This document shows, one piece after another, positions 43,138-54,784 of a DNA stretch of 64,000 bases. Each line of letters begins with the position of its first letter. The stretch's first letter is position 1. The position numbers and the translations under genes are program-made. This DNA comes from an uncultured delta proteobacterium (GTDB lineage Bacteria; Myxococcota; Myxococcia; Myxococcales; Anaeromyxobacteraceae), in assembly GCA_963766715.1 (NCBI GenBank), contig CAVYBH010000015.1:320001-384000 (forward strand). The letters run 5' to 3'. The notes under the pieces are model-generated. The model saw only the letters and a list, made by a program, of their open reading frames with translations, was not told where the DNA came from and did no database searches.

Positions 43138-44484
43138 TCAGGCCTCCGGCCCGTCGAGGACGACCGCGGCGCCCAGGCCGCCGGCCGCGCAGATGGTGAG
43201 CAGCGCGTGGCGACCCTTGCGGCGCGCGAGCTCCCGCAGCGCCTGGGTGATCATCCGGGCGCCGGTGGCGCCGAACGGGTGACCGAGGGGGATCGAGCCG
43301 CCGTTGGGGTTCAGCCGGGAGGGATCGACCTCGCCGAGCGGCTCCGTCCGCCCCAGCTTCTCCCGGGCGAAGTCGCGCGAGGCGAAGGCCTGGAGGTTCG
43401 AGAGCACCTGCGCGGCGAAGGCCTCGTGCATCTCCACGATGTCCATGTCGCCGAGGGCGAGGCCGGCGCGCTCGAGCGCGACCGGGGCCGCGTAGGCGGG
43501 CCCCTGCAGGAGCTGGTCGCCCGGGTCGGTGGCGGCGTAGGCGTAGGCGCGCAGGAACCCGAGCGGTTTCACTCCCAGTTCCTTGGCCCTCCCCTCCGAC
43601 ATGAGGATCACCGCGGCCGCGCCGTCGGTGAGCGGGGAGGAGTTGCCGGCGGTGATGGTGCCGTAGCGCCGGTCGAAGACCGGCTTCAGCACGGCCAGGC
43701 CGTCGTAGGTGGCGTCGGTGCGGACGTTGTTGTCGGCGGCCGCGACCTTCTGGAAGCGAGGCGGAACCTCGACCGCCATGACCTCCTCGCCGAACTTGCC
43801 GCTGGCCCAGGCGTCGGCGGCCTTGCGCTGGCTGTCGAGGGCGTAGCGGTCCTGGGCCTCGCGGGTGATGCCGTTCTCCCAGGCCATCTTCTGGGCGCTC
43901 TCCCCCATGGTGAGGCCGGTGGTGGGCTCCTTCAGCGCCGGGGGCACCGGGGCCACGTCCTTCAGGGAGAGGCTGGCGAAGGCCTTCAGCTTCTCGGGGA
44001 TGCTGCGGGCGCGCGACGCGGCGACGAGCGCCTGGGCGAGCTTGTGCGAGGCGAAGATGGGCGCGTCGGAGAGGGACTCGGCGCCGCCGGCGATGACGGT
44101 GTCGGCGTGGCCGAGCAGGATCTGGTCGGCGGCCTCGGTGGCGGCCTGCAGCGACGTGGCGCAGGCGCGGGAGGTGGTGTGCGCCGGAAGCGTCCGGGGC
44201 AGCTCGCTGCGCAGCACCACCTCGCGGGCGATGAGGGAGGAGAGCGGGGACGGGATCACCTGGCCGAAGATCAGGGCGTCGAACTCGGACAGGGGGAGCC
44301 CGCTGCGGGCCACCAGCTCGTTCACCAGGATGGCGCCCAGGTCGACGGCCGAGAGGTCCTTGAAGTCCCCGCCCGACTTGATGAACGGGGTGCGGAGACC
44401 GGCCACGACCGCCACGCGGGGAGGCGGAGAGCCCTCGGACGGCGTGCGGGCGTGGTGGTGCTTGTGCTTCCGGTAGTGGGACAT
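43138..44484 (-). CDS. fadI: Acetyl-CoA C-acyltransferase (thiolase, FadI type)
   Basis: RTPF, SRACATS (catalytic Cys), TAGNSSPLTDGA, HEAFA, GHPFGATG and CAAGG. Confidence 0.92.
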   Translation of the reverse strand: MSHYRKHKHHHARTPSEGSPPPRVAVVAGLRTPFIKSGGDFKDLSAVDLGAILVNELVARSGLPLSEFDALIFGQVIPSPLSSLIAREVVLRSELPRTLPAHTTSRACATSLQAATEAADQILLGHADTVIAGGAESLSDAPIFASHKLAQALVAASRARSIPEKLKAFASLSLKDVAPVPPALKEPTTGLTMGESAQKMAWENGITREAQDRYALDSQRKAADAWASGKFGEEVMAVEVPPRFQKVAAADNNVRTDATYDGLAVLKPVFDRRYGTITAGNSSPLTDGAAAVILMSEGRAKELGVKPLGFLRAYAYAATDPGDQLLQGPAYAAPVALERAGLALGDMDIVEMHEAFAAQVLSNLQAFASRDFAREKLGRTEPLGEVDPSRLNPNGGSIPLGHPFGATGARMITQALRELARRKGRHALLTICAAGGLGAAVVLDGPEA

Positions 44485-44594
44485 GCGTACCCCCGGGTTG
44501 ATTCTCGAATCAGCGGCGCAGACGAATGATTAGCCGCCTCGACGCGCAGCGTCAAGTCGGGCCCGGTCCCCCTTCCCGCGCTAGGATCCGGGGC

Positions 44595-45080
44595 ATGGCG
44601 TCCAAGCGAAGCCGGGAGCTGCGCCCCCTCTCGAGCGAGCACCACCAGGCCCTGCTCGTCGCCTTCCAGCTGAAGAAGGCGATCGCCGGACACGCCGAGA
44701 GCGCGGGGGCGCCCCGGGACCTGGACGGCCTCTCTGCGCTCGCGCGGCGGTTCGAGGAGTCGGTCTTCCTCGCGCACATCACGGCCGAGGAGGAGGTGCT
44801 CGCCCCTCACCTCTCGCCGGAGGACCAGGGCAGGCTCCGGGAGGAGCACCGCCAGCTCCAATCGCTCCTCCAGGACGCGCGGGTCGCGAGCCGGGACGGG
44901 CGGCGCGCGCCGCTCCTCGCCTTCGCGGACCTCCTGGAGCGGCACGTCCGCTGGGAGGAGCGGGAGCTCTTCGAGCGTTGCGAGGCGAGCATCGGGCCGG
45001 AGCAGCTGGCCGTGCTGGGGCACGAGATCGAGGTGCGGCTGGCGGTGTCCGGAAGGGGAGCGAAGCGTCCCTCGTCGTAG
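44595..45080 (+). CDS. Hemerythrin/HHE cation-binding domain protein
   Basis: LSSEHH, HITAEE, EEH and HVRWEERELF. Confidence 0.8.
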   Translation: MASKRSRELRPLSSEHHQALLVAFQLKKAIAGHAESAGAPRDLDGLSALARRFEESVFLAHITAEEEVLAPHLSPEDQGRLREEHRQLQSLLQDARVASRDGRRAPLLAFADLLERHVRWEERELFERCEASIGPEQLAVLGHEIEVRLAVSGRGAKRPSS

Positions 45081-45159
45081 CGCTCACGCCGCCTCACGAC
45101 TCTGCTTGGAGTTGGTTCCGGCCATGGTAGTTTCCGGGAATCTCCGATCCGGGGGCACC

Positions 45160-46382
45160 ATGCGTTCCAGCGCCATCTTCTTCCTCTCCGTGTTCCTCCT
45201 CCTGGGCCTCGACGCCTGCGACGCGCGGCCGGCCGCGCCCGGCGGCGACCCCAACCCGGAGACCGGCGCCCACACCATCCACCTCACCGGGACCTTCGCC
45301 AAGCCCGTGACCTGCAACGAGTGCCACAACGCGCAGTTCCAGGTGACGCTCGCCGGGCCCCTCGCGGCGGCCAACGGCGCCCAGGGCACGTTCAACGTGA
45401 CGACCAAGACCTGCTCCAACGTCTATTGCCACGACGGCGGGCCGCAGCTCGAGCTCGGCGGAGGAACGGTCCCCGCTCCGGTCTGGAATCCCCCGTCGAC
45501 CATCGTCTGCGGCGGCTGTCACGCCCTGCCGGGCGGCGCCATCGACACGAGCGAGTGGCACCCTGCGGTGGCGGACGAACGTCGAGTGCGGCCTCTGCCA
45601 CACGGGCTACACCCGGACCTCCGTGGTCGTCGAGACCCACGTGAACGGCGTCGTGAACGTCAAGTTCGACATCGACACCGACTACTGCGCTGCCTGTCAC
45701 GGCGACGCGACCCGCACCCTGCCGCCCGGAACGCCCAGCGTGGTGAAGGCGGCTCCTCCCGTCGACCGCACCGGCTCCTCCGACACGACCCGGATCGGCG
45801 TGGGCGCCCACCAGGCGCACCTGCTGCCCGGCGCGGGCGCCATCTCCAGGCCCATCGCCTGCCAGGAGTGCCACGTCGTCCCCGCCGACGTCGCGCACGT
45901 CGGGCCCACCTCGATCGACGCCGGCGTCTCTCGCCTGGGGTCCGCTGGCCTCTTCCGGATCGGCCACGCCCGGCTACGATCAGGTCTCGGCCACCTGCAC
46001 CAATTACTGCCACGGGCAGACGCTCAACGGCGGAGGCGCCCTCACCCAGCCCGTGTGGACGAAGGTGGATGGCACCCAGGCGGCCTGCGGGACGTGCCAC
46101 GCGTCCCCGCCCTCGGACACGTCGCACTACCTCCATGCGTCGGGGAAGGTCCTCCTCATCGCCTGCGCCTTCTGCCACCCGCCGGGCTACACCGCCGACG
46201 GGGTCAACCGCGAGGCCGCGCCGCTCCACGTGAACGGCGTGAAGAACATGAATCCCGGAAACTTCGGCAACTGGAATCCGGCGGCCACGAACCCGAACGG
46301 ATGGACGGGAACGGCGACGGGCTGCCACGGTGGGACCCGGTACTGGACGGAGAGCATCCCCAGCGCGGGTGGCTGCTACTAG
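45160..46382 (+). CDS. Multiheme cytochrome c of the CxxxxCH/CxxCH repeat type (frameshifted)
   Basis: Signal peptide. CNECH, CSNVYCH, CGGCH, CGLCH, CAACH, CQECH, CTNYCH, CGTCH and CAFCH across frames; repeated HVNG and GAHQAH. Confidence 0.82.
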
Positions 46383-46404
46383 CCGCCGCTCCCCGCCGGC
46401 GGCT
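46381..46404. terminator. Hairpin between convergent genes
   Basis: AGCCGCCG-N8-CGGCGGCT; no clear U-tract. Confidence 0.35.
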
Positions 46405-46407
46405 GCG

Positions 46408-47379
46408 CTAGTCGGAGTCGGCGGCCCCGCCGCTGCGGGCGACGTCCTCGCCCTTGATCCGGGCGGGGTCGAGCCCGGCGGCCCGCTTCGTCATCTGGGC
46501 GAAGAGCTCGTCGAAGCCGGGGAGGTCGCCCTTCACGAAGCGGAGCGGGTTCACCCGGCCCACCACGAAGTTGCGCAGGTAGGGGGAGTCGAAGCCGCGC
46601 TCCTTGAGCCGGGCCACGGCGCCGGTGACCGCGTCGTCGAAGGCGAGGAGCACGTCGGCGCGCCGCTCCCGCTCCTCGGCCGTGGCGGAGAGCTTGCCGG
46701 GGACGAAGGCGTCCACCTTGCGGAGGATGGGGTGGTAGGCGCCGCCGGAGAGGCGCGGCCGCTTCTCGTAGGCGAAGCCCAGCGTGGCGAGCGCCGGCTC
46801 CTCGAACTCGAGCGCCATGTCGGTCTCGCGCGCGTCGCCGCCGGCCGCCAGGTCGCGGTACATCCGCACCACCTCGAGGGCCCGCTCTCGCAGGTTGTGG
46901 GCCTTCTCGATGTTGAGGGCGAGGATCTGGTAGGCCACCGCCTTCTCCGGCACGACGAGCGCCAGCACCGCCTTCGCTCCGAGCTCCTGGAGCGCGGTGA
47001 GCCGGTGGCCGCCGTTCGGGGTGAGGTACCGGCCGCCGTCGCGCACCGCGATGATGGGGTCGAGGTACCGGCGGGTCTTGTCCATGGCCACGGTGAGCTT
47101 GCGCACGTGGCCGTCGGACACGTCCCGCTGGAAGGAGGTCCGCTCGACCTTGTCGAGCGGGAGCGCGGCGAAGAGCAGCGCGTGCCCGCCCAGCGGCTCC
47201 CGGTAGGCCGCCAGCACCGCGCCCCCGTCGGCCTCGATGGCGCGCGACAGCTCGGCGACCTCGGGCGGGAGCTCGACGAGACGCAGGTCGGTCGCCCCGA
47301 GCGAGGTCGGCTGCAGCTTCACGCCGCGGCGCTTTCGCGGGCGGCCGGACTTGGTGGCGGGTCGCTTCTTCGCGGCCAT
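46408..47379 (-). CDS. ParB/Srx N-terminal domain protein
   Basis: FQRD, LDPIIAV, NGGHRLTA and ALNIEK. Basic N-terminal tail. Confidence 0.75.
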   Translation of the reverse strand: MAAKKRPATKSGRPRKRRGVKLQPTSLGATDLRLVELPPEVAELSRAIEADGGAVLAAYREPLGGHALLFAALPLDKVERTSFQRDVSDGHVRKLTVAMDKTRRYLDPIIAVRDGGRYLTPNGGHRLTALQELGAKAVLALVVPEKAVAYQILALNIEKAHNLRERALEVVRMYRDLAAGGDARETDMALEFEEPALATLGFAYEKRPRLSGGAYHPILRKVDAFVPGKLSATAEERERRADVLLAFDDAVTGAVARLKERGFDSPYLRNFVVGRVNPLRFVKGDLPGFDELFAQMTKRAAGLDPARIKGEDVARSGGAADSD

Positions 47380-47388
47380 CGGGTCTCC

Positions 47389-47904
47389 TCAGGTCGCCTG
47401 CGGGGTCTTCAGCAGGAGCGACAGGTCGTATCCCTGGGCGCGCAGCCGCTCGAGGATGCCGTCGTAGGTCGCCGCGTCCATCTGGGGCGTGCGGGAGAGG
47501 ATCCAGAGGTACTCGCGGCTGGGGTGCCCCACCACCGCCCACCGGTACTCGGGGTCGAGGTCGATGATCCAGTAGGACCCGTGGAACGGCCAGAAGAACC
47601 GGACCTCGAGCCTGGCGCCGGAGGGATCCACCGACCAGGCCTTCCCCTTGGCCGTGCGGGCCGGGGCGTCGAGCCGCTCCGGGTGGCAGGTGTTGACCAC
47701 GTCGACGTCGCCGTCCGGGCGCAGCGTGTAGTCTGCGCTGACGCCGACGCATCCCTTCTGGAACGACATGGGGATGGTGGCGATCTCGTACCACTTGCCC
47801 ATGTAGCGCTGGAGGTCGACGTGCTCGACCGTGCGGAGCGGGGGACCGGCCGGGGCGTGGGCGCACCCGGCGAGGAGGAGGGCGAGGACGGCCAGGGATC
47901 TCAT
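47389..47904 (-). CDS. blc: Bacterial lipocalin lipoprotein
   Basis: LAGC lipobox, DLQRYMGKWYEIA, FFWPF, YWI and YLWILSRTP. Confidence 0.92.
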   Translation of the reverse strand: MRSLAVLALLLAGCAHAPAGPPLRTVEHVDLQRYMGKWYEIATIPMSFQKGCVGVSADYTLRPDGDVDVVNTCHPERLDAPARTAKGKAWSVDPSGARLEVRFFWPFHGSYWIIDLDPEYRWAVVGHPSREYLWILSRTPQMDAATYDGILERLRAQGYDLSLLLKTPQAT

Positions 47905-47957
47905 CCGGATCCCCTAACCGTTGCCGCCCATGCCGCACGGCCTTATCGTGGCCTGCC

Positions 47958-48941
47958 GTGATCGACGTCCGCGACCTGCGCAAGGAGTACCGCGTCCACC
48001 GGCGCGAGGCCGGCCTCGGCGCGTCGGTCCGATCGCTCTTCCGGCGCCGCTACGAGCCGGTGAAGGCGGTCGACGGCATCTCCTTCTCGGTCGGCGCGGG
48101 CGAGCGCGTCGGGTTCCTCGGCCCGAACGGGGCGGGCAAGACCACCACGCTCAAGGTGCTCTCGGGGCTGCTCCACCCCAGCGGCGGCGAGGTGCGGGTG
48201 GCCGGCTTCGTGCCGGCGCGCCGCGAGCGGCCGTTCCTCCAGTCGATCACCCTCGTGATGGGGCAGAAGCAGCAGCTCCTCTGGGACCTGCCCCCGTCGG
48301 AGACCTTCGCGCTCAACCGGGCCATCTACGAGATCCCCCGGCCCGAGTTCGAGTCGCGGGTGCGCGAGCTCACCGAGCTGCTCGACCTCGGCGGCGTGGT
48401 CGACAAGCCCACGCGCCAGCTCTCGCTCGGGGAGCGGATGAAGTGCGAGCTGGCCGCCTCGCTCCTCCACCGGCCGCGGGTCCTCTTCCTCGACGAGCCG
48501 ACCATCGGGCTCGACGTGACCATGCAGGCCACGGTGCGCGAGTTCGTCCGGGCCTACAACGAGCGGACGGGCGCCACGGTGGTCCTCACCAGCCACTACA
48601 TGGACGACGTGCTCGCGCTCTGCCCCCGGGTGGTCGTCATCGATCGGGGCCGGCTCATCTACGACGGCGACCTGAAGCAGCTGGCCCGCGAGGTCCGGCC
48701 CGACAAGCGCGTGGTGGTGCGGCTCGGCCAGCCCGTGCCGGAGCTGGAGCTCGCCCGCTTCGGGCAGGTCGTCTCGCACGCCGACGCCCAGGCGGTCCTC
48801 CGCGTCCCGGGCGACCAGGTCGCGAGCGTCGTCGGGCGGCTCCTGTCGTCCCTGCCGGTGACCGACCTGACCGTGGAGGAGCCGCCGCTGGAGGAGGTCA
48901 TGAGCGAGCTCTTCCAGGGCCGGCGGGCCACCGCAACGTAG
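47958..48941 (+). CDS. ABC-2 type transporter ATP-binding protein
   Basis: GPNGAGKTT, MGQKQQLLWDLP, LSLGERMK, LFLDEPT and TSH. Confidence 0.93.
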   Translation: MIDVRDLRKEYRVHRREAGLGASVRSLFRRRYEPVKAVDGISFSVGAGERVGFLGPNGAGKTTTLKVLSGLLHPSGGEVRVAGFVPARRERPFLQSITLVMGQKQQLLWDLPPSETFALNRAIYEIPRPEFESRVRELTELLDLGGVVDKPTRQLSLGERMKCELAASLLHRPRVLFLDEPTIGLDVTMQATVREFVRAYNERTGATVVLTSHYMDDVLALCPRVVVIDRGRLIYDGDLKQLAREVRPDKRVVVRLGQPVPELELARFGQVVSHADAQAVLRVPGDQVASVVGRLLSSLPVTDLTVEEPPLEEVMSELFQGRRATAT

Positions 48942-48967
48942 TCCGGTCGATGGATCAGGCCGTCCGC

Positions 48968-49121
48968 GCCGCGCAGCCGCGCTGCGCCCTCTCGTCGGCG
49001 GAGCTGGCAGAAGGCGCGGGTGGGCGAGGCTGGATGCCGCCGGCGACGGGCGCGTCCGGGGAAGGAGGGCTACGGCGGCCTACTGATGCTCCGCCTCCGG
49101 CGAGGGCGGCGCGGGCGCGGC
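48968..49121. repeat. Long imperfect inverted-repeat element between convergent genes
   Basis: Arms GCCGCGC..CCGCGC..CGCCCTC..GGCGGAGC pair with GCTCCGCC..GAGGGCG.GCGCGG.GCGCGGC. Confidence 0.45.
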
Positions 49122-49198
49122 GAGGAGGGGCCGATCGCGGGGCGGAGCCTGGTGCGGTGGGGCGCCGTCGCTGGACTCGGGTTGGGTCGGCGGGGGTC

Positions 49199-50369
49199 TC
49201 AGGGAACGGGCCGGCCGGCCGCGGCGACCATCCGCACGTCCGACTCCGCCGACAGCCGCAGCCCGTCGCCGCGCGGCTCCACCCCGGTGATCTCCACCAC
49301 GTCCCCGCGGAGCAGCTTCTCGAAGGCGCGGTTCCGCGGGGTCACGTCCTTCTCCTGCAGCGCGAGCCCCATGCGCCCCTCGGGGCCGCAACCCATGTAG
49401 CGGAGCCGTCCCTTCGACGGCAGCGGCTCGGAGACGATGCGGAAGACGCGCCCGGCGGGCGGCTCGCGCCAGGTCTCGCCCTTCGGCGCGAGCACGAGGT
49501 AGCTCATCTTCACCGACTCCTTGCGCAGGCCGGCGCGCCGCCCGATCTCCTCCACCAGCGGGGGAAGGTCGACGGGGCGCTCCGCGTGGCACCAGTCGGT
49601 GGGGCGGACGAGCGCCGGGCAGGCGCCGCGGAAGAGGCAGGGCGCCCGCACCGCCACGCCGCGCGCGACGAGCAGGTCGCGGACCTCGAGCAGCGCCCGC
49701 GAGGTGTCGCGCAGCGCCGGCTCGACGATGACGAGCGAGCCCCCGGGCGCGACCAGCCCGAGCGCCTCCACCACGAGCGCGGTCCGCCGGGTCGCGGCCT
49801 GCTCCCCCTGGAAGAGCTCGTTCAGCACGTGACCCATGGTCACGAGGTCGAAGGAGCGACCGCGCGAGAGGTCGGAGAGCTCGCCGCGCCGATCCGGGTC
49901 CCACTCGCGGGTGGCGATGGGCTCGCCGGCCACGGCCGCCAGCTTCCCGGCCACGGCCAGGGCCCGCTTGGAGCGATCGGCGGCCAGGACCTCGGCGGCG
50001 CCGGCGTCGAGGGCCGCGAAGGCCACCGGAGCCGGGCCGCTCCCCAGGTCGAGGACGGAGCGGGAACGGCGCGGGAGCTCGGAGAGCACCCCGCGGGCCT
50101 GGAGGTAGGAGACCGGCCAGTAGAAGAGCAGGTAGGCGCCCAGCAGGCGGTCGTCGTCGAGGTAGGGCGCGCCCGCCAGCTTGCGGTCGCGGGTGAGCCC
50201 CTGGGAGAGCCGCTGCACCGCCGCCGGCCACCTCCCGCAGCTCCTCGGGGAGGAGCCGGTCGGGGGGCGGGCGCGGGCCCCGCTGCGCGTCGCGCCGCAG
50301 CCCGCGCCAGGCGGCCAGCAGCCTCGGGATCCAGCGCTCCAGGTCGGACTCGGCGGTGCCCACGTTCAC
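49199..50369 (-). CDS. Rsm22/METTL17-like SAM-dependent methyltransferase (frameshift near 50225)
   Basis: AYLLFY, VLDLGSGP, GHVLNEL, IVEPA, APCLFRGACP, DWCH and SYLVL. The GTG start overlaps the rnz stop. Confidence 0.8.
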
Positions 50370-51283
50370 TCCGGGAAGGGAAGCTCGAGGACGAGCCCGT
50401 CCCGGGCCACCTCGATGGCGCCGTGGAACTCCTCGGCGGCCTGGGAGAGCAACGGCGACGGGTCGGCGTCGTAGCGGGTGGAGAGGTGCGTGAGGACGAG
50501 CCGCTCCACGCCGGCGTCGCGGGCCACCCGGGCCGCCTCGCGTGCGGTGGAGTGGGTGGTCTCCACGGCGCGGGCCGCCTCGCCGTCGCCGAACGTGCAC
50601 TCGTGCACGAGGAGATCGGCGCCCCGGGCCGCCTCCACGGTGGCCGCGCAGGGACGGGTGTCCCCGGTCACGGCCACGCGCCGGCCCCGCCGGCGGGCCT
50701 CGACGATGCCCTCGGCCGAGACCACGCGGCCGCCGGGGAGCGTCACCGGGCGCCCGCGCTGGAGCTCTCCCCACAGCTCGCCCTCCGGCACCCCCGCCTC
50801 GCGGGCCCGCTCCGGGTGGAAGCGGCCGGGGCGTGCGTCCTCCTCGAGGAGCCAGCCGACCGAGGCGATGCGGTGCTCGGTGGCCCAGGGCACGAGCGTG
50901 GAGCCGTCCCGCTGGATTCGCTGGCCCGGAGCGACCTCGTGGATGCGGACCTCGAAGGCCAGCGGGTCGGTGGCCCCGATGAGGAGATCGCGCATCAGCC
51001 GCTGCGCCGGAGGCGGGCCGTAGACGTCGAGCGCCCGGCCCCGCCCGAGCATGGAGAGGGTCCGGACGAAGCCGATGGCCCCGACGTAGTGGTCGGCGTG
51101 GAAGTGGGTGAAGCAGATGGCCGTGACGTCGAACCCGGTCCCGTAGCGGATCATCTGCCGCTGCGTCCCCTCCCCGCAGTCGACGAGGTAGTGCTCCCGG
51201 CCGTGGCGCACCGACAGCCCCGACAGGTTGCGGGCGGCGGTGGGCATGGCACCCGAGGTGCCGAGGAAGGTGAGCCGGAGCAT
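50366..51283 (-). CDS. rnz: Ribonuclease Z
   Basis: FLGTSGAMPT, DCGEGTQRQ, THFHADH, TGDT, HECTF, HST and LTHLSTRY. Confidence 0.93.
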   Translation of the reverse strand: MLRLTFLGTSGAMPTAARNLSGLSVRHGREHYLVDCGEGTQRQMIRYGTGFDVTAICFTHFHADHYVGAIGFVRTLSMLGRGRALDVYGPPPAQRLMRDLLIGATDPLAFEVRIHEVAPGQRIQRDGSTLVPWATEHRIASVGWLLEEDARPGRFHPERAREAGVPEGELWGELQRGRPVTLPGGRVVSAEGIVEARRRGRRVAVTGDTRPCAATVEAARGADLLVHECTFGDGEAARAVETTHSTAREAARVARDAGVERLVLTHLSTRYDADPSPLLSQAAEEFHGAIEVARDGLVLELPFPE

Positions 51284-51291
51284 GGCAGGGC

Positions 51292-52077
51292 CTAGGACGA
51301 GGCCGAGGTATACCGCGCGATCGCCCTCAGCCAAACCACCCGGGCGGAGGCGACGAAGGCGAGCGACCCCGCCAGGGCCACCAGGACGGCGACGGGGCGG
51401 ATCCGGCCGAGCATCGCCTCGGCGGGCAAGGTCGTCATGAGCGCCAGCGGGATCACCACCGTGAAGACGAAGCGCCAGAAGCCGGTGAAGACCGAGACCG
51501 GCCAGCGGGCGGCGTCGAAGATGGAGAGGAAGAGGAACGAGAGGTTGTCCACCTTCACCACGAAGAAGGCGGCCGACACGACCAGGATCCACAGCGAGTA
51601 GAGGACGGCGATGGCCGAGAAGGTGAGCAGCGCCGCCGCCCCGACCGCCGCCGCCGACGGCCAGCGCCCCATCCGGTGGAAGGCCCAGGCCACCACGCCG
51701 ATCCCGGCGGCGACGTCGACCACGTGCCAGGGAGCGAACTTGGCGGTGGAGAGGAGGAACTGCGCGTCGGCGGGCTTGAGCAGCACGAGGTCGAGCGTCC
51801 CCTTGCGGATGTGCTCGACGACGCTGGCGAGCGACGGGTTCACCGCGCCCTCCAGCACCCCCTTCATGGCCAGGAACCAGCCCATCACCACGAGGGCCTG
51901 GTCGAAGTCCCAGCCCGCCACCGAGTCGCGCTTCCCGTAGACCACCAGCAGGGGCACGACCGCCCAGCCCATCCAGAAGAAGGCCATGGCCCCCTGCACC
52001 AGGAAGTCCACGCGGTACTGCATGGAGGTCTGCAGCGAGGCGCGGAACTGGACCGCGAGGAGGCGGAGGTAGCGCAC
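51292..52077 (-). CDS. ABC-2 family permease (DUF990 type)
   Basis: QYRVDF, IRKGTLDLVLLKP, RWPVSVF and YTSASS. Multiple TMs. Confidence 0.88.
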   Translation of the reverse strand: MRYLRLLAVQFRASLQTSMQYRVDFLVQGAMAFFWMGWAVVPLLVVYGKRDSVAGWDFDQALVVMGWFLAMKGVLEGAVNPSLASVVEHIRKGTLDLVLLKPADAQFLLSTAKFAPWHVVDVAAGIGVVAWAFHRMGRWPSAAAVGAAALLTFSAIAVLYSLWILVVSAAFFVVKVDNLSFLFLSIFDAARWPVSVFTGFWRFVFTVVIPLALMTTLPAEAMLGRIRPVAVLVALAGSLAFVASARVVWLRAIARYTSASS

Positions 52078-52875
52078 CTATCCTCCGAAGGCGGCGAACC
52101 GCCGCGTGCCCAGGCGCCACATCCCGCCGGCCACCGCGAGCAGCACCAGCACGAAGGCCGACTGGGCGCCGAGCTGGGCCAGCGCCTGCGACCGGGAGAG
52201 CCCCCCGGTCACCAGCTCGACCGGGAAGGCCAGCATGTAGCGGAAGGGCAGGTACCAGGAGACGTCGTTCACCCATCGTGGATAGAGCTCGAGGGGGACC
52301 AGGTACCCGGAGAAGATCCCGAAGAGCCCGAGCCAGACGTCGAAGAGGGAGGTGGCCGACTCGAACCAGAAGGCCAGGCACCCCACCGCCGCCATGGCCA
52401 GGTAGGTGATGAGCCACGCCGAGAAGACCGTGACCGGGAAGAGGGCGAGCAGGAGCGGGTCGTGGGTCACGTGCCGGCCGCCCAGGATCCAGAGGGCGAC
52501 GAGGGCCACCGGCAGGGAGATGGCCAGCCGCACCGGCATGGCCGCCACGTTCTCGGCGGCGTAGGCCACGAGCGGGTGCACCGGGCGCAGCATCCGGAAG
52601 GCCAGCGTCCCCTGGCGGATCTCGAAGTTGAGCTCCCAGACCACCCAGGCGCCGGTCATCAGGCGCACCACCAGCGCGGCCAGGTAGTAGGCGGTGAAGT
52701 CGGCCTGGGTGAAGCGCCCCACCGGCCCGTCGCGCGCCACCGCCGTCCACAGGGCGAGCATGACGAGCGGCATGTTGGTGGAGAGCAGCCAGACCAGGAA
52801 CTCGGCCCGGTAGGCCACCGCCTCGGAGAACCCCACGCGCAGCATCGTGGGGATGGCACGCAGGGTCCGGCGCAT
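52078..52875 (-). CDS. ABC-2 family permease (DUF990 type)
   Basis: AYRAEF, EIRQGTLAFRMLRP, SGYLVPL, LPF and FAAFGG. Confidence 0.88.
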   Translation of the reverse strand: MRRTLRAIPTMLRVGFSEAVAYRAEFLVWLLSTNMPLVMLALWTAVARDGPVGRFTQADFTAYYLAALVVRLMTGAWVVWELNFEIRQGTLAFRMLRPVHPLVAYAAENVAAMPVRLAISLPVALVALWILGGRHVTHDPLLLALFPVTVFSAWLITYLAMAAVGCLAFWFESATSLFDVWLGLFGIFSGYLVPLELYPRWVNDVSWYLPFRYMLAFPVELVTGGLSRSQALAQLGAQSAFVLVLLAVAGGMWRLGTRRFAAFGG

Positions 52876-52878
52876 GCC

Positions 52879-54783
<1,905 letters not shown>

Positions 54784-54784
<1 letters not shown>

